Below are positions 31,149 through 40,666 of a DNA stretch of 64,000 nt, one piece after another; position 1 is the stretch's first letter, and the number at the start of each line of letters is the position of its first letter. The notes under the pieces were generated by a model. The model worked only from the letters and a program-made list of their open reading frames with translations. It was not told the origin of the DNA and ran no database searches. Source of the DNA: Klebsiella phage phiKp_32. Location of the stretch: the sequence record LC768500.1, one strand, 5' to 3'. The position numbers and the translations under genes are program-made.

Positions 31149-31525
31149 TTGCAAATCACATTTGCACAGTCCCACTAGACGCGAAAGCTCTAGTGCGTAT
31201 CTCCTTGAATTGTCTGGGAAGCTCACAAAAGTCTGATGCCTGCTTAGCAGGAGCCGATAAGGCAGAAATAAGTTCAGACCTGACCTATGCTAAACAATAA
31301 GGCTAAGGGTTATTAACAAGGGGCCATCAGCAGCGAACCCTACTTCGGTAGGAGACGTTCAACGACTAGAGCGGAAGCGCTCGTACTCTTTACAGGGAGT
31401 AAAGAGGAAGTGGGGAGAGGGCTAAGTTCGGCACTAGCCGAATACGTCTAAGATATAGTCTCGACGTCCAAGGTAAGACTTGGAGTACGCTAAAGCGTAG
31501 GGGTGTGGAAACACCTTAAGAACCG
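31149..31525 (+). mobile_element. group I self-splicing intron without an ORF, interrupting the beta-prime Mg-binding motif (DFD|GDQ)
   Basis: P7-like strands GTTCAACGACTA (31357-31368) and ..AGATATAGTCTCGAC (31451-31465) closely match Tetrahymena GUUCACAGACUA / AAGAUAUAGUCGGAC; P9-like hairpin TCCAAGgtaagaCTTGGA; GNRA-capped hairpins; the 5' exon ends in U and the intron ends in G (31525); the downstream in-frame sequence resumes GDQLNS..AIAEAKALMGRR.. (cf. [22 protein letters not shown]). Confidence 0.8.
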
Positions 31526-31699
31526 GGCGACCAGTTGAATTCTAATTCAATCAACGGAGAGGATGCTATTGCTGAAGCTAAAGCTTTAATGGGCAGACGC
31601 GATTACTATATCACCGGCACGGGGCAGTTCCTTTACAGTCCAACGGTGGAACCTCACGAATTCTTATTCCGAAATCTCAGTAACGGACTCAACCTATGA
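31526..31699 (+). CDS. RNAP beta-prime-like N-terminal polypeptide, exon 2 (GDQLNSNSINGEDAIAEAKALMGRRDYYITGTGQFLYSPTVEPHEFLFRNLSNGLNL*)
   Basis: In frame with exon 1 after removing 31149..31525; restores D-F-D-G-D-Q; stop TGA at 31697 overlaps the ATG of the next gene (ATGA). Confidence 0.7.
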   Translation, partial: GDQLNSNSINGEDAIAEAKALMGRRDYYITGTGQFLYSPTVEPHEFLFRNLSNGLNL

Positions 31700-34600
31700 G
31701 CGTATTATACCAACAGTTCTTCCGTAATTTTGTTCTTAGGAAAAAACAAGAAATTACAAATCCTAAGTTTCACCATCTGACGGATATGGTGTTGCCGAGA
31801 GAATCGGTAATGATGTATCTACCGAAGACGCAAGAAGATATCGGCCCAAGTACCGAGGAGCCCTTAATAGGGACTTACCCTGATGGGGTTAACATTTATT
31901 TCAACAGTCTTTATATAACCCCCATCGGAAGAACTCGACCCGTTCCCTTTAACGAAAAGCAATCTATACAGCTTTATCGTAAAAGCCATTTCAAATACAA
32001 CTGGGCGAGGACGCTGTCCAACTACCTGAGCCGTCGTCAGGAACTGTTGGTAAACAACATAGCGATGGGACCCCATCGTCACCGTTATGTCTTTACTCGC
32101 TTTGTTCAGTTCGAACGAGCTTACAACCAACTGGCTTCTGGGATTGAAGCCGTTAAGCAAATGAGTAAGGAAACGACCCGCAATCAATACTGGCGAATAG
32201 AACTTCCTCCAAGCATCCCCGATTATCGTCAACTGCTGGTAGCCGTCGATCATTATAAGAAGGCGTTCAAAGACGGTGTTTATACCACCACTGACAATCA
32301 GGCTGTACTCCCGTTTAAGGGCTACGGTTCTTATTGGATCATGGATTGGTACCTCTTCTTGATAGGCGAAAAGAACTACAGTCTGTTTAATCGCTTAGAT
32401 AAAGAAGAAATGGATAAACTCCACATCATCTTTAGTCATAATGGACTCAGCTGGGTAGTTAACCTTGGTATCGTCTCTCAATGGATGGAAGAACTTAACG
32501 ACAAGCACGGCAATCCCACCAGTATGCGTGTTAACGCGGCTAAACGGTTCCTGCTTGGATTTAGGGCTCTGATAGCGGGCGGCACGCTAAGCGAAACCAT
32601 AGAGGAGAAATCTCATGCCGCTGAGAATGTCGGATTGGGTACTGGAACGCCAGAAGAGGAAAGAAGAAGCCAGGAAGCTAATAAGGAATCAGAAGAAGAA
32701 CCGCTGGATCTCGATGAGTCTGAAGAGATTACTGATCAGTCTGTTACTATGCTTGATCTTTTCATGGGCAGCAAAAAGGCTGATACAGAATCTGATGATG
32801 ACCAAGGAGGAGAGGATTCAGGAGGAGCTGATGAGAATCACGGAGAAGAGTGGGCTGCAGCGGTCGACGATGAATTACTTTATAACGCCGAAACAGAAGG
32901 ATTAGGGGAAACCAAGAAAGTTATTTTCAGTACCCCAGAATCTGGTATCCTGAGAGCCTTAGAGCAAAGAGCCAAGGCCGGGACATTAACTGTTGCGGAA
33001 CAACGTTATTACACTAATCTCGCGCAATCATACAAAACGATCAAAATGCCTAACGGTGAAAGTCTTGAAAGTTTTGTTAAGATCGATCAGGCCAAACTCC
33101 GCCACCTTCCTGCTAAAATTGCTCCTGAGATGAGAGGGATCATCGACCCTTCTCAGCTACAAAGTAGAGCGACCAATCTTAAAACGAAATACTCTGAAGA
33201 ATTCCTTAATCGGGATATAGCCGGGATGATACTGAACATTCAGAACGCCGGTATCGTTTTAACCGACCTGAAACGTGAACGTATCGTCAATGCGGAATCG
33301 GCTTACGACGTTTATACCATGAACGTCCATCCTGTTGGCGGATCGCCTAAGACCGCAATGTTCCGCATCCCCAAAATTGACAAAGACGGAACCTTCACTG
33401 TCGATGGGGTAAAACAACATCTTCAACTTCAGCGTATGGAAATACCAATTCGTAAGATAAACTCTGAGCAGGTTGCTTTGACGAGTTATTATGACCGCAA
33501 GATCATGATGTCTCGTTCGACAAAGGTTGCAGATGATTACGGATTGTGGCTGAACAAACAACTTATTCTGTTGGGTGAGGCCGGTAAAGTATCTGGGGTG
33601 TTGGGCGATGTCTATAATCGTAGTTACGCTGTTCCTCGTACTTATTCTGCGTTAGCCAAGCGGTACCGAACATTAAAGGCTGGTGGGATTGAATTCAACT
33701 TCGATCTTTCTAGTCTTGTTGGCTCAGAGAAAGAAATCAAGAAACTGATTTCTCCTAACTGGGTTCCGGTGGCTAAAGAAGGTGACGGCTTCATCTTTAT
33801 GGATGATGGCGGTAACCTTTACAAAGATAAGACACACATTGGTTCTTTCGAAAGCCGCTGTGGAATTGACACGACGAAGGCCCCAGTCGATATCGTTACG
33901 GTGAATGTAAACGGATACGCTTTCCCTATCGGTGTAGTGCTCGCTTACTACTTCGGATTCGACGAACTTCTTAAAGCACTCAATGCTGACTATCGGACCG
34001 TTCCGGCCGGTGAGAAAGTTCGGATGGGTCAGGACGAATACGCGATAACCTTTAACGACGAAACGCTTATTTTCAACAGACGGGATAGTTTAACCGCACT
34101 TATCATGGGCGGATTCCGGAAGTTAGCGAATCTCAGTAACTTCTCTCGCTATGACCTAAACACAAAAGGTGTATGGGTGCCGGCTATCGGGGATAAGAAA
34201 GTCAAACCTGGTCATTTTGATGAAATGCGTTTGATGTTCGAAATGTTCATCGATCCGATCACCAAATCTGAACTGGTTAAAAGGGGCTATCCGACTGAGC
34301 TTCATTATCTCATGATCGAAGGCGTGAAAATGCTGAACACCGATCGAACTGCTCACGAGATAGAATTAACTGAGCAACGTTTCGTTGGGTATGAACGTTT
34401 TGCTGGCCGAGTCTATAATGAGATTGTTAAGTCAACGCGTCAATTCAGGAATAAAGGTAACGACAAACGTTTCACCTTCGATATGAACCCTGAAGCGGTT
34501 ATCATGAGTATCATCACCGATACAAGTGTAAACCTAGTCGAAGAGGTTAACCCCATCCACGAAATCAAAGAACAGGAAGTTGTTACCTTTGGTGGTACTG

Positions 34601-34860
34601 GTGGGCGAAGTGAAACGACAATGGTCAGACGTACACGTGGTCAGCAAGAGAACTATGCTGGGGTTATCTCCGAGGCTGGTAAAGACTCCGGTAAAGTTGG
34701 GTTCGTGAGTTACTTAACGAGCAACCCTAAGATCGCCGATTTCCGTGGTAACGTCGACCTAAGCATGCCTGACACTCTGAGCGGCAGACTGTCGGTAACA
34801 TCCAACCTTTTAGCTCACTCGACCTCCGATGACCCAAAACGGTTAACTGTAATATTTTCC
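31696..34860 (+). CDS. RNAP beta-prime-like subunit, C-terminal polypeptide, exon 1 (contains a large acidic insertion)
   Basis: ATGA-overlapped start; C-terminus ..DPKRLTVIFS resembles beta-prime ..LPRVAELFE(ARRP); acidic insertion EEERRSQEANKESEEEPLDLDESEE.. Confidence 0.6.
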
Positions 34861-36243
34861 TGAGTACAATATTATGTTGAGACTCAGGAGCAAATTAAGA
34901 TGAAACCAATTGAGTGTAAAGATTTTCCAGGGTATTACGAGATACCCAATTTTTCCAAGTACTGCATTAATAAAAAATCAGATATTATTCATAAACGCAA
35001 AAACAAAAAAATCAGACAGTACGACGTTAAATCTTCTGTGACGTCCAGGCCAGAAACCGGGTGTTATAAAAGAGTGACGATGTATTCTGATGATAAAAAA
35101 CTCCACGCCTTTTCGGTCCATCGGTTAATGGGCTTGGTGTTTAAACATCCTGGTGCCGGGTTTCACTCTCTACAGGTCCACCACGGAGATGGGATAAAAT
35201 TTCATAACGACATCGATAACTTAGAATGGGTTACACCCAAGACCAATATTGTTTTAGCAAACGATTATTACATGGGTAAAGCTAAAATACCTGTCCAAGC
35301 TAGGTCTAAAAACGGTGAAGTTCTAAATTTTTCTAATCTAAGTGATTGTGCTAAATTACTCGGGATCCATAGGACAACCCTTATCTCCAGATTAAGTACG
35401 TTTGGAGAAAAGTTTGTTCACCCAGAGGGCTATCAACTGAGGTACGGAAATTCCGATAAGCCATGGGTTGCACCAGACGAAGAATCAGCTAAGGACTTAG
35501 ATGAGTTTTACTCGTCACCCATTTTGGTAAAAAATCTCAACACTGGCGAAGTGAGGGAATTTAAAACAGCCAAAGGCGTGATGGAATTAATAGTAAGATC
35601 TCCGTCAAGCATAAGTACTTTGAGTAATGATTCGACTCAACCCATTGTGATGGGTAAAGATAACGTACCGTACATTCTCATAAAAAAATATTCTGGGGTC
35701 GATTTCAGGAGAGTTGACGATCCAATGAATGATTTTGTCGAACAACAGACCAATACCAGAACGGTAGTTGCGACGAATGTTACGACTAATGAAAAGAGAG
35801 TTTATACGACCGCGCAGGCGTGCGCATCTGATTTTGGAATAGGAAAAACTACACTTAATTGGCGTCTTAAGAAACCCATCCCTGGTGTTTTCGACGGATG
35901 GATTTTTAGATATTACGAGGCCCGTATGGGAGGAAACACCCATACGCAATAATCTTTAATTGTTCTGGGACGATCTCGAAGACTCTCATACCAAAGCGGA
36001 ATACGAAAGTATAGACGTCATGGTTTTAAAAGTTGAGAAGAGAGACGATCTAGCAGCGAAGCACCTACGTATCTTCGAGAGAAGAGATAGGGTGAACGTT
36101 CAACGACTATGGGTGAAACTCCCAGTAGATTTTACATGAAGTAATTTCGAAACAGGATTCCCTTCGAGTGAGCTGAAGAAGCTCGATACTCATGGGTGAA
36201 ATATAGTCTGCTCCCTACGGCGACGTAGCGGCGGGTGTCATAG
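34861..36243 (+). mobile_element. group I intron carrying an HNH homing endonuclease ORF; boundaries approximate (about +/-10 nt)
   Basis: Same P7-like strands as intron 1: GTTCAACGACTA (36098-36109) and AAATATAGTCTG (36199-36210); HNH ORF located 5' of the ribozyme core; flanking coding sequence is continuous by homology (..VIFS | HTGLKEATGHKALFSG.. cf. [19 protein letters not shown]). Confidence 0.7.
34900..35952 (+). CDS. intron-encoded HNH homing endonuclease (NUMOD4-like N-terminus, HNH core, C-terminal HTH)
   Basis: ..CKDFPGYYEIPNFSKY.., ..HRLMGLVF..QVHHGDGIKFHNDIDNLEWVTPKTN.., ..SDCAKLLGIHRTTLISRLS.. Confidence 0.75.
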   Translation: MKPIECKDFPGYYEIPNFSKYCINKKSDIIHKRKNKKIRQYDVKSSVTSRPETGCYKRVTMYSDDKKLHAFSVHRLMGLVFKHPGAGFHSLQVHHGDGIKFHNDIDNLEWVTPKTNIVLANDYYMGKAKIPVQARSKNGEVLNFSNLSDCAKLLGIHRTTLISRLSTFGEKFVHPEGYQLRYGNSDKPWVAPDEESAKDLDEFYSSPILVKNLNTGEVREFKTAKGVMELIVRSPSSISTLSNDSTQPIVMGKDNVPYILIKKYSGVDFRRVDDPMNDFVEQQTNTRTVVATNVTTNEKRVYTTAQACASDFGIGKTTLNWRLKKPIPGVFDGWIFRYYEARMGGNTHTQ

Positions 36244-37386
36244 CACACCGGGTTGAAGGAAGCAACCGGACATAAGGCTCTGTTCTCCGGGGTTCAGCAA
36301 AGCCAGGGGGTGTCTGCGACTAACTATCAGACCAACTGGTTACGTACCGGGGATGAATTGGTTATCGCACACCGGACATCCGAGCTTTATTCTAAACCAG
36401 CTAAACTCGACGGTAAAGTAATAAAGCTTACCAAAGAAGGCTTGGTGGTCGAATACAAGGATGGAACGACGGACAGTTATCCGTTAGGCTTAACCATCGG
36501 CAGTGCGTCTGGTGAATTCCACAGACACACAAGAGTCACTGATTTAAAAGTTGGTGATAGTTTCAATGCCGGGGATATTATCGGTTGGGACGAAATGTAC
36601 TTTGAAAGGGATTTGGCTAACCCTAATCAGGTGGCGTGGAAATGCGGGGTAATGGTGAGGATTGCCTTTGTTGAGAATCAGTTCACGTTTGAAGACTCCA
36701 TTGAGGTTTCTAAAGACTTCGCTGAGCAGACGAAAACGCCTTATTTGAAGTTGAAAGAATTCTCTTTAGACTTCGAACAAACTCTCGTCCCTCACGTAGA
36801 AGTCGGGTCGGAAGTCGACATGGACGCGATTTTATGCTCGATAGAGGATCCCCACGTAAGTGGTCTGGACGATTCTGATGACACTTTCTCAGGATTAGAG
36901 CGTTTAGGGGTTAAACAAATTCGGTCTAACCATCATGGCCGTGTTGTTAAAATTGAGTGTGTTTATAACGGTTCAATTGAAGACATGTCAGATAGCCTGA
37001 AAGGGTTTGTGGCTAAGTTAGATAAAGAACGTCAACAGCTCAATAAGGTCACTCATACCGGGATCGTTAACGGTAACGTTGGGGGAAACACGTATGTTAA
37101 GAAAGCCAGTGTTGAACCTAATCGGGTTACGGTTAAAATCTTTATTGAGGATCTCAATAGCTCCGAAACCGCCGATAAATTTGTGGTCGGTAACCAGATG
37201 AAAGGTACCGTGGGGAATATCGTGAACTACACAATGCGTACACTGGATGGTCGTATTGTCAAGATTCGATTCTCATTTAAATCGATGTTCAACCGTATGG
37301 TTCTGAGCTTACGAGATAAAATGGGCATCAATGAAGTTAACGCCAACCGCACTTCGGCAGCAGTTAAAGCTTTCAGAGGAAAATAA
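36244..37386 (+). CDS. RNAP beta-prime-like C-terminal polypeptide, exon 2 (no start codon of its own)
   Basis: Frame open from 36244 with no ATG; ..KEATGHKALFSG.. and ..HTRVTDLKVGDSFNAGDIIG.. match the beta-prime C-terminus ([31 protein letters not shown]). Confidence 0.6.
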   Translation, partial: HTGLKEATGHKALFSGVQQSQGVSATNYQTNWLRTGDELVIAHRTSELYSKPAKLDGKVIKLTKEGLVVEYKDGTTDSYPLGLTIGSASGEFHRHTRVTDLKVGDSFNAGDIIGWDEMYFERDLANPNQVAWKCGVMVRIAFVENQFTFEDSIEVSKDFAEQTKTPYLKLKEFSLDFEQTLVPHVEVGSEVDMDAILCSIEDPHVSGLDDSDDTFSGLERLGVKQIRSNHHGRVVKIECVYNGSIEDMSDSLKGFVAKLDKERQQLNKVTHTGIVNGNVGGNTYVKKASVEPNRVTVKIFIEDLNSSETADKFVVGNQMKGTVGNIVNYTMRTLDGRIVKIRFSFKSMFNRMVLSLRDKMGINEVNANRTSAAVKAFRGK

Positions 37387-37387
37387 A

Positions 37388-38248
37388 ATGTCTATCGCCC
37401 TAACCAAAGCGATTAAAGATATCCAGGTATCTTTAAAAGAGGTGGGGCTTTATCCTTCTAAGATCGATGGTGTATGGGGGGATGGGAGTTCAACTGGCTT
37501 CCTTACCCTCATTAACTATTATGCGTCTAAAGAAGGTAAAGCGTCTCAAGTTAAAATCGGTCCTAAAGTCGGCAACGAAGTAGCCTTTAAAACAGTTCAG
37601 CAACAACTCCAAAACATCGGGCTTTACACCGGCGCGATCGACGGACTTTGGGGTAACGGAACCAAAACCGCTTTGGCAACTCTGAACAGCGCCTTCCGTT
37701 TAGGTTATCAACTGCCTAAATACAGCGCATGCTGGAGTAAGAAGGTTGAACCGGCATTCGTTGCCCGTTGTAAGAAATGGGTGGACGACGAAGCTCTGGT
37801 TCCTGAATGCCTTGATTACGTCATGGCGATTATGTGTTTCGAATCAGGTGGTACCTTCCGACCGGATATTCAGAATGGTGCTGGTGCCAACTATTGGGGT
37901 TTAATCCAATTCGGTACTGCGGCCGCAACCGATCTGGGTACTACTCTTGACAAACTCAAGAAGATGACTCAGATGGAGCAACTGGAGTATGTGTTTAAAT
38001 ACTTCAAGATGCGGATGAGATCGTACAAACTGAAAAGTCTGGAAGATTTCTATATGTCCGTATTTTACCCGGCCGCTATAGGTAAATCTCCTGACACCAT
38101 GATCTTCGCCAATGGTTCTGTTGGCTATCGTCAGAACATCGGTCTGGACGTTGACAAAGACGGTAAGATTACCGTTGGAGAAATCAGCGTTAAAATCTAT
38201 CAAACTTACTACGACGGGATGCTACCCGTTAATCGGAGAATTGTCTAA
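37388..38248 (+). CDS. endolysin: two N-terminal peptidoglycan-binding repeats plus a C-terminal lytic transglycosylase-like domain (phiKZ gp144-type architecture)
   Basis: Repeats ..VGLYPSKIDGVWGDGSSTGF.. and ..IGLYTGAIDGLWGNGTKTALATL.. (PG_binding_1-like); catalytic region ..CFESGGTF..NYWGLIQFG.. (E-S / GLMQ-like SLT motifs). Confidence 0.75.
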   Translation: MSIALTKAIKDIQVSLKEVGLYPSKIDGVWGDGSSTGFLTLINYYASKEGKASQVKIGPKVGNEVAFKTVQQQLQNIGLYTGAIDGLWGNGTKTALATLNSAFRLGYQLPKYSACWSKKVEPAFVARCKKWVDDEALVPECLDYVMAIMCFESGGTFRPDIQNGAGANYWGLIQFGTAAATDLGTTLDKLKKMTQMEQLEYVFKYFKMRMRSYKLKSLEDFYMSVFYPAAIGKSPDTMIFANGSVGYRQNIGLDVDKDGKITVGEISVKIYQTYYDGMLPVNRRIV

Positions 38249-38409
38249 TGGACGATACCATTAAAGAAGCGGTCGCTATCGCCAATTTGTTTGAATTGGT
38301 TAAAGCAACGACCGGGAAAGTCGGACTTGAATATATGGCCCCCATTGATGATTCTCGTGCCGACGAAATTATCAGCGGTGCTATCAACGCGGCAGTAAAA
38401 GGACAATAA
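38248..38409 (+). CDS. small hypothetical protein (53 aa, below the ORF-track cutoff)
   Basis: ATG overlaps the endolysin stop (TAATGG); RBS GGAGAA; MDDTIKEAVAIANLFELVKATTGKVGLEYMAPIDDSRADEIISGAINAAVKGQ. Confidence 0.35.
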   Translation: MDDTIKEAVAIANLFELVKATTGKVGLEYMAPIDDSRADEIISGAINAAVKGQ

Positions 38410-38411
38410 CA

Positions 38412-39911
38412 ATGATCAAGCAATCTTCCGTTTTCATTGCGTTGCCTATCGCAGAAAGTTTGGTTGGTGTTAACAAAACCTTTGCTGATAAAAGCCATCC
38501 GCTCATCAAAGGCCTGAGCGATTGCAGCTATGGGTTGGTTCCCTATACCCTCGATAACCTTCCTTTGACTTTACCGGAAGTTACTCACGAGGAAATGGAA
38601 CACGGTTTGCTGCTGGATGAAGCCAGTACAACACTCGCTGAATCTGTTCGTAAGAGTTTCCAGCAAATCAGCCATTACCTCAAACCTTTCGCGAAAAATC
38701 TCATCGAAGAAATTTACAAGGCGACGGATATTGATGAAGACGCTACACGTCAGATTTTCGACCGTCTTCAGATTGAATACCGTAAGCTCGATTACAGCTT
38801 CTTCGATAGCCCGTTTTACCCGAAAGAGATTGACGGCTCTATCGACTACAGCAAGATCCCTCTGAAAGATCTGATGTTGCCGGATAACGCAGTTGATAAA
38901 GACTTCGGCGGGTTCGCCGATTATATCCAGGCGCCTAACGCAGAGATCAAAGAGATCTTTGAAGCTTATCAGCCGGGTTGGGCGTTCGATAAATTTATTG
39001 GGAACAACAACTGGGCTGACGTCTTCAATATTTTCAACGGTAATGTTGATCTGACAACGGCCGGTTACAAAGACCCGGCGCCTCTGTTCAGTCTGTACGT
39101 GCTGTTTACGAAAATGAAAGCGGATGAAAATCCGGCTCCATTCGTAAAAAATATCGAACTCCATCAGTATCGTGGTTACGTCAACCGGATGCATAACTTC
39201 CTGACCGTAGCGCTTGTTTTTTGTTCTCGCTACTATCGGGGTTTGAAACTCACTCCAATGCCTGTTTTATCTTTGGTAGGTAAAATGGAAATGGATCGTG
39301 GGATTAACCTCCTGCGCGGTAAAATCGTCGTAGGTCTTACCAAAAAAGGTCTTGATCTTTACGCAGCGGCGGCACCTGAAGGTTCTGTGAGTGAAGCTCT
39401 GGCCGGTAAAGCCGTAGCCATGATCGCAACCAAGTCCGATAAAGCTGGTTTGAACATCGTTGCAGGCGCAGAGTACTTCCAGGAAGTATTCCGCAATTAC
39501 CTGGCTGGCGTAACGGGATCTCTGAATGCTAAGATCACTGAATCCTGTCGGGGCGCAGTTGAGAATGCGCTGATCAAGTTCCAAAACGAACACGCGGAAC
39601 TCAAAGATACCGTGATGGGTCTCAATGACAAAATTGAATTCCGTCGTCTGAGCCACGCTCTGCAGTCTGACGTGGATGCGTTCGTTGGTGGTTATAAATC
39701 GCAAGTTGTCGCTAACGGTGTTCCGTTGTCTAAATACGTCATGGGATCTGATCTCGTCGCCTCTCTGGGTAACCTGATGGGTATGACGTTCGCGGCGGAT
39801 GTACTGCGCACCAGTTCTCGCTTGATCGGTTCAGGTGAGATCACCGATGTTCAGAAACGCGAAGCGCTGACCGAAGCGGTTGTAAAATCTTTAGTTAAAC
39901 ATCTTGTCTAA
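38412..39911 (+). CDS. hypothetical protein
   Basis: 499-aa ORF. Confidence 0.6.
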   Translation: MIKQSSVFIALPIAESLVGVNKTFADKSHPLIKGLSDCSYGLVPYTLDNLPLTLPEVTHEEMEHGLLLDEASTTLAESVRKSFQQISHYLKPFAKNLIEEIYKATDIDEDATRQIFDRLQIEYRKLDYSFFDSPFYPKEIDGSIDYSKIPLKDLMLPDNAVDKDFGGFADYIQAPNAEIKEIFEAYQPGWAFDKFIGNNNWADVFNIFNGNVDLTTAGYKDPAPLFSLYVLFTKMKADENPAPFVKNIELHQYRGYVNRMHNFLTVALVFCSRYYRGLKLTPMPVLSLVGKMEMDRGINLLRGKIVVGLTKKGLDLYAAAAPEGSVSEALAGKAVAMIATKSDKAGLNIVAGAEYFQEVFRNYLAGVTGSLNAKITESCRGAVENALIKFQNEHAELKDTVMGLNDKIEFRRLSHALQSDVDAFVGGYKSQVVANGVPLSKYVMGSDLVASLGNLMGMTFAADVLRTSSRLIGSGEITDVQKREALTEAVVKSLVKHLV

Positions 39912-39926
39912 TCGGGAATTTAATCC

Positions 39927-40652
39927 ATGAACTATTCGGCTCTAACGAGAAATAAGGATCGGGTCTTTAAAGCATTAAAAGAGTTAGAGGACCATTCGGT
40001 TATCGCTCTGGAGCCGTTAGAGGTTCATATCCCCAAACGCTTTATCGAGCGATCACTAGCCGATATCGGTGATAAGGTTGAAACGATCGGTGTTCTGGGG
40101 ATCGTCATTCCCGATGTCGCTTATTGCTGCATGTATCGCGTGGCTACTGTAACACTGTCACCAAGTAACATCAGGGAAATCACAATAGACGGCGTAAGAT
40201 ATGTTGTATTGGATTTCGAGAAGGGCGATACAGTCTTTAACAACATCGAGGTCGTTAAAGACGAACATCTCAACTATTCTTATTACATGGAGTTCGGGTA
40301 TTTCGCAAGGGTTCCTTGGTACGTCGATGTAACGATGGCACCTAAGCTTTTCGATTACGCCGGGCTGATCACCGGTAAGAAAGTAGGGACCAGTCCTCAG
40401 GTATTCAGGGTGCTTTACGGATTATCATATCGAGATCCCGATAACTACGAGATCGCTTATCGTTACGGTCCAGGAATTAAGGCCGGGAAGAAACCTCACC
40501 TGGTGGGGCTCAACAACGGCAGCATGTTGATAGATGGAACGTTCAACCGCCTCATGGGCGGATATCTGGCCGACAACACCATTGCGGCTATTCTTAATCC
40601 TGATACCAAAGTCACTGATTCAGAAAAAGTGATGAAGGGATCGCCAGAATAA
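39927..40652 (+). CDS. hypothetical protein
   Basis: 241-aa ORF. Confidence 0.55.
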   Translation: MNYSALTRNKDRVFKALKELEDHSVIALEPLEVHIPKRFIERSLADIGDKVETIGVLGIVIPDVAYCCMYRVATVTLSPSNIREITIDGVRYVVLDFEKGDTVFNNIEVVKDEHLNYSYYMEFGYFARVPWYVDVTMAPKLFDYAGLITGKKVGTSPQVFRVLYGLSYRDPDNYEIAYRYGPGIKAGKKPHLVGLNNGSMLIDGTFNRLMGGYLADNTIAAILNPDTKVTDSEKVMKGSPE

Positions 40653-40666
40653 AATAAGGGTAAACC

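Noticed and set aside
31149-31699. Reading the 547-nt gap as a plain intergenic region of a split gene
   Set aside because: It contains the P7/P9 group I elements and a hidden in-frame exon continuing the beta-prime motif.
31526-31779. Alternative 3' splice site for intron 1 at G31779, joining DFD to TDMVLP of the 1055-aa ORF
   Set aside because: The frame-2 segment beginning at 31526 encodes GDQ..EAKALM, which restores the canonical DFDGDQ motif perfectly. The 31779 model would give DFDTD and leave this conserved segment non-coding.
36000-36252. tRNA-like or other small RNA gene in the 300-nt gap after the HNH ORF
   Set aside because: The region is explained by the group I ribozyme core (P7 strands at 36098 and 36205). 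No cloverleaf-compatible sequence seen.
38571-39194. 207-aa minus ORF and other antisense ORFs (31864..32253, 33259..33561, 37901..38203, 39267..39704, 41138..41491)
   Set aside because: Antisense to long plus-strand genes within uninterrupted plus-strand operons.
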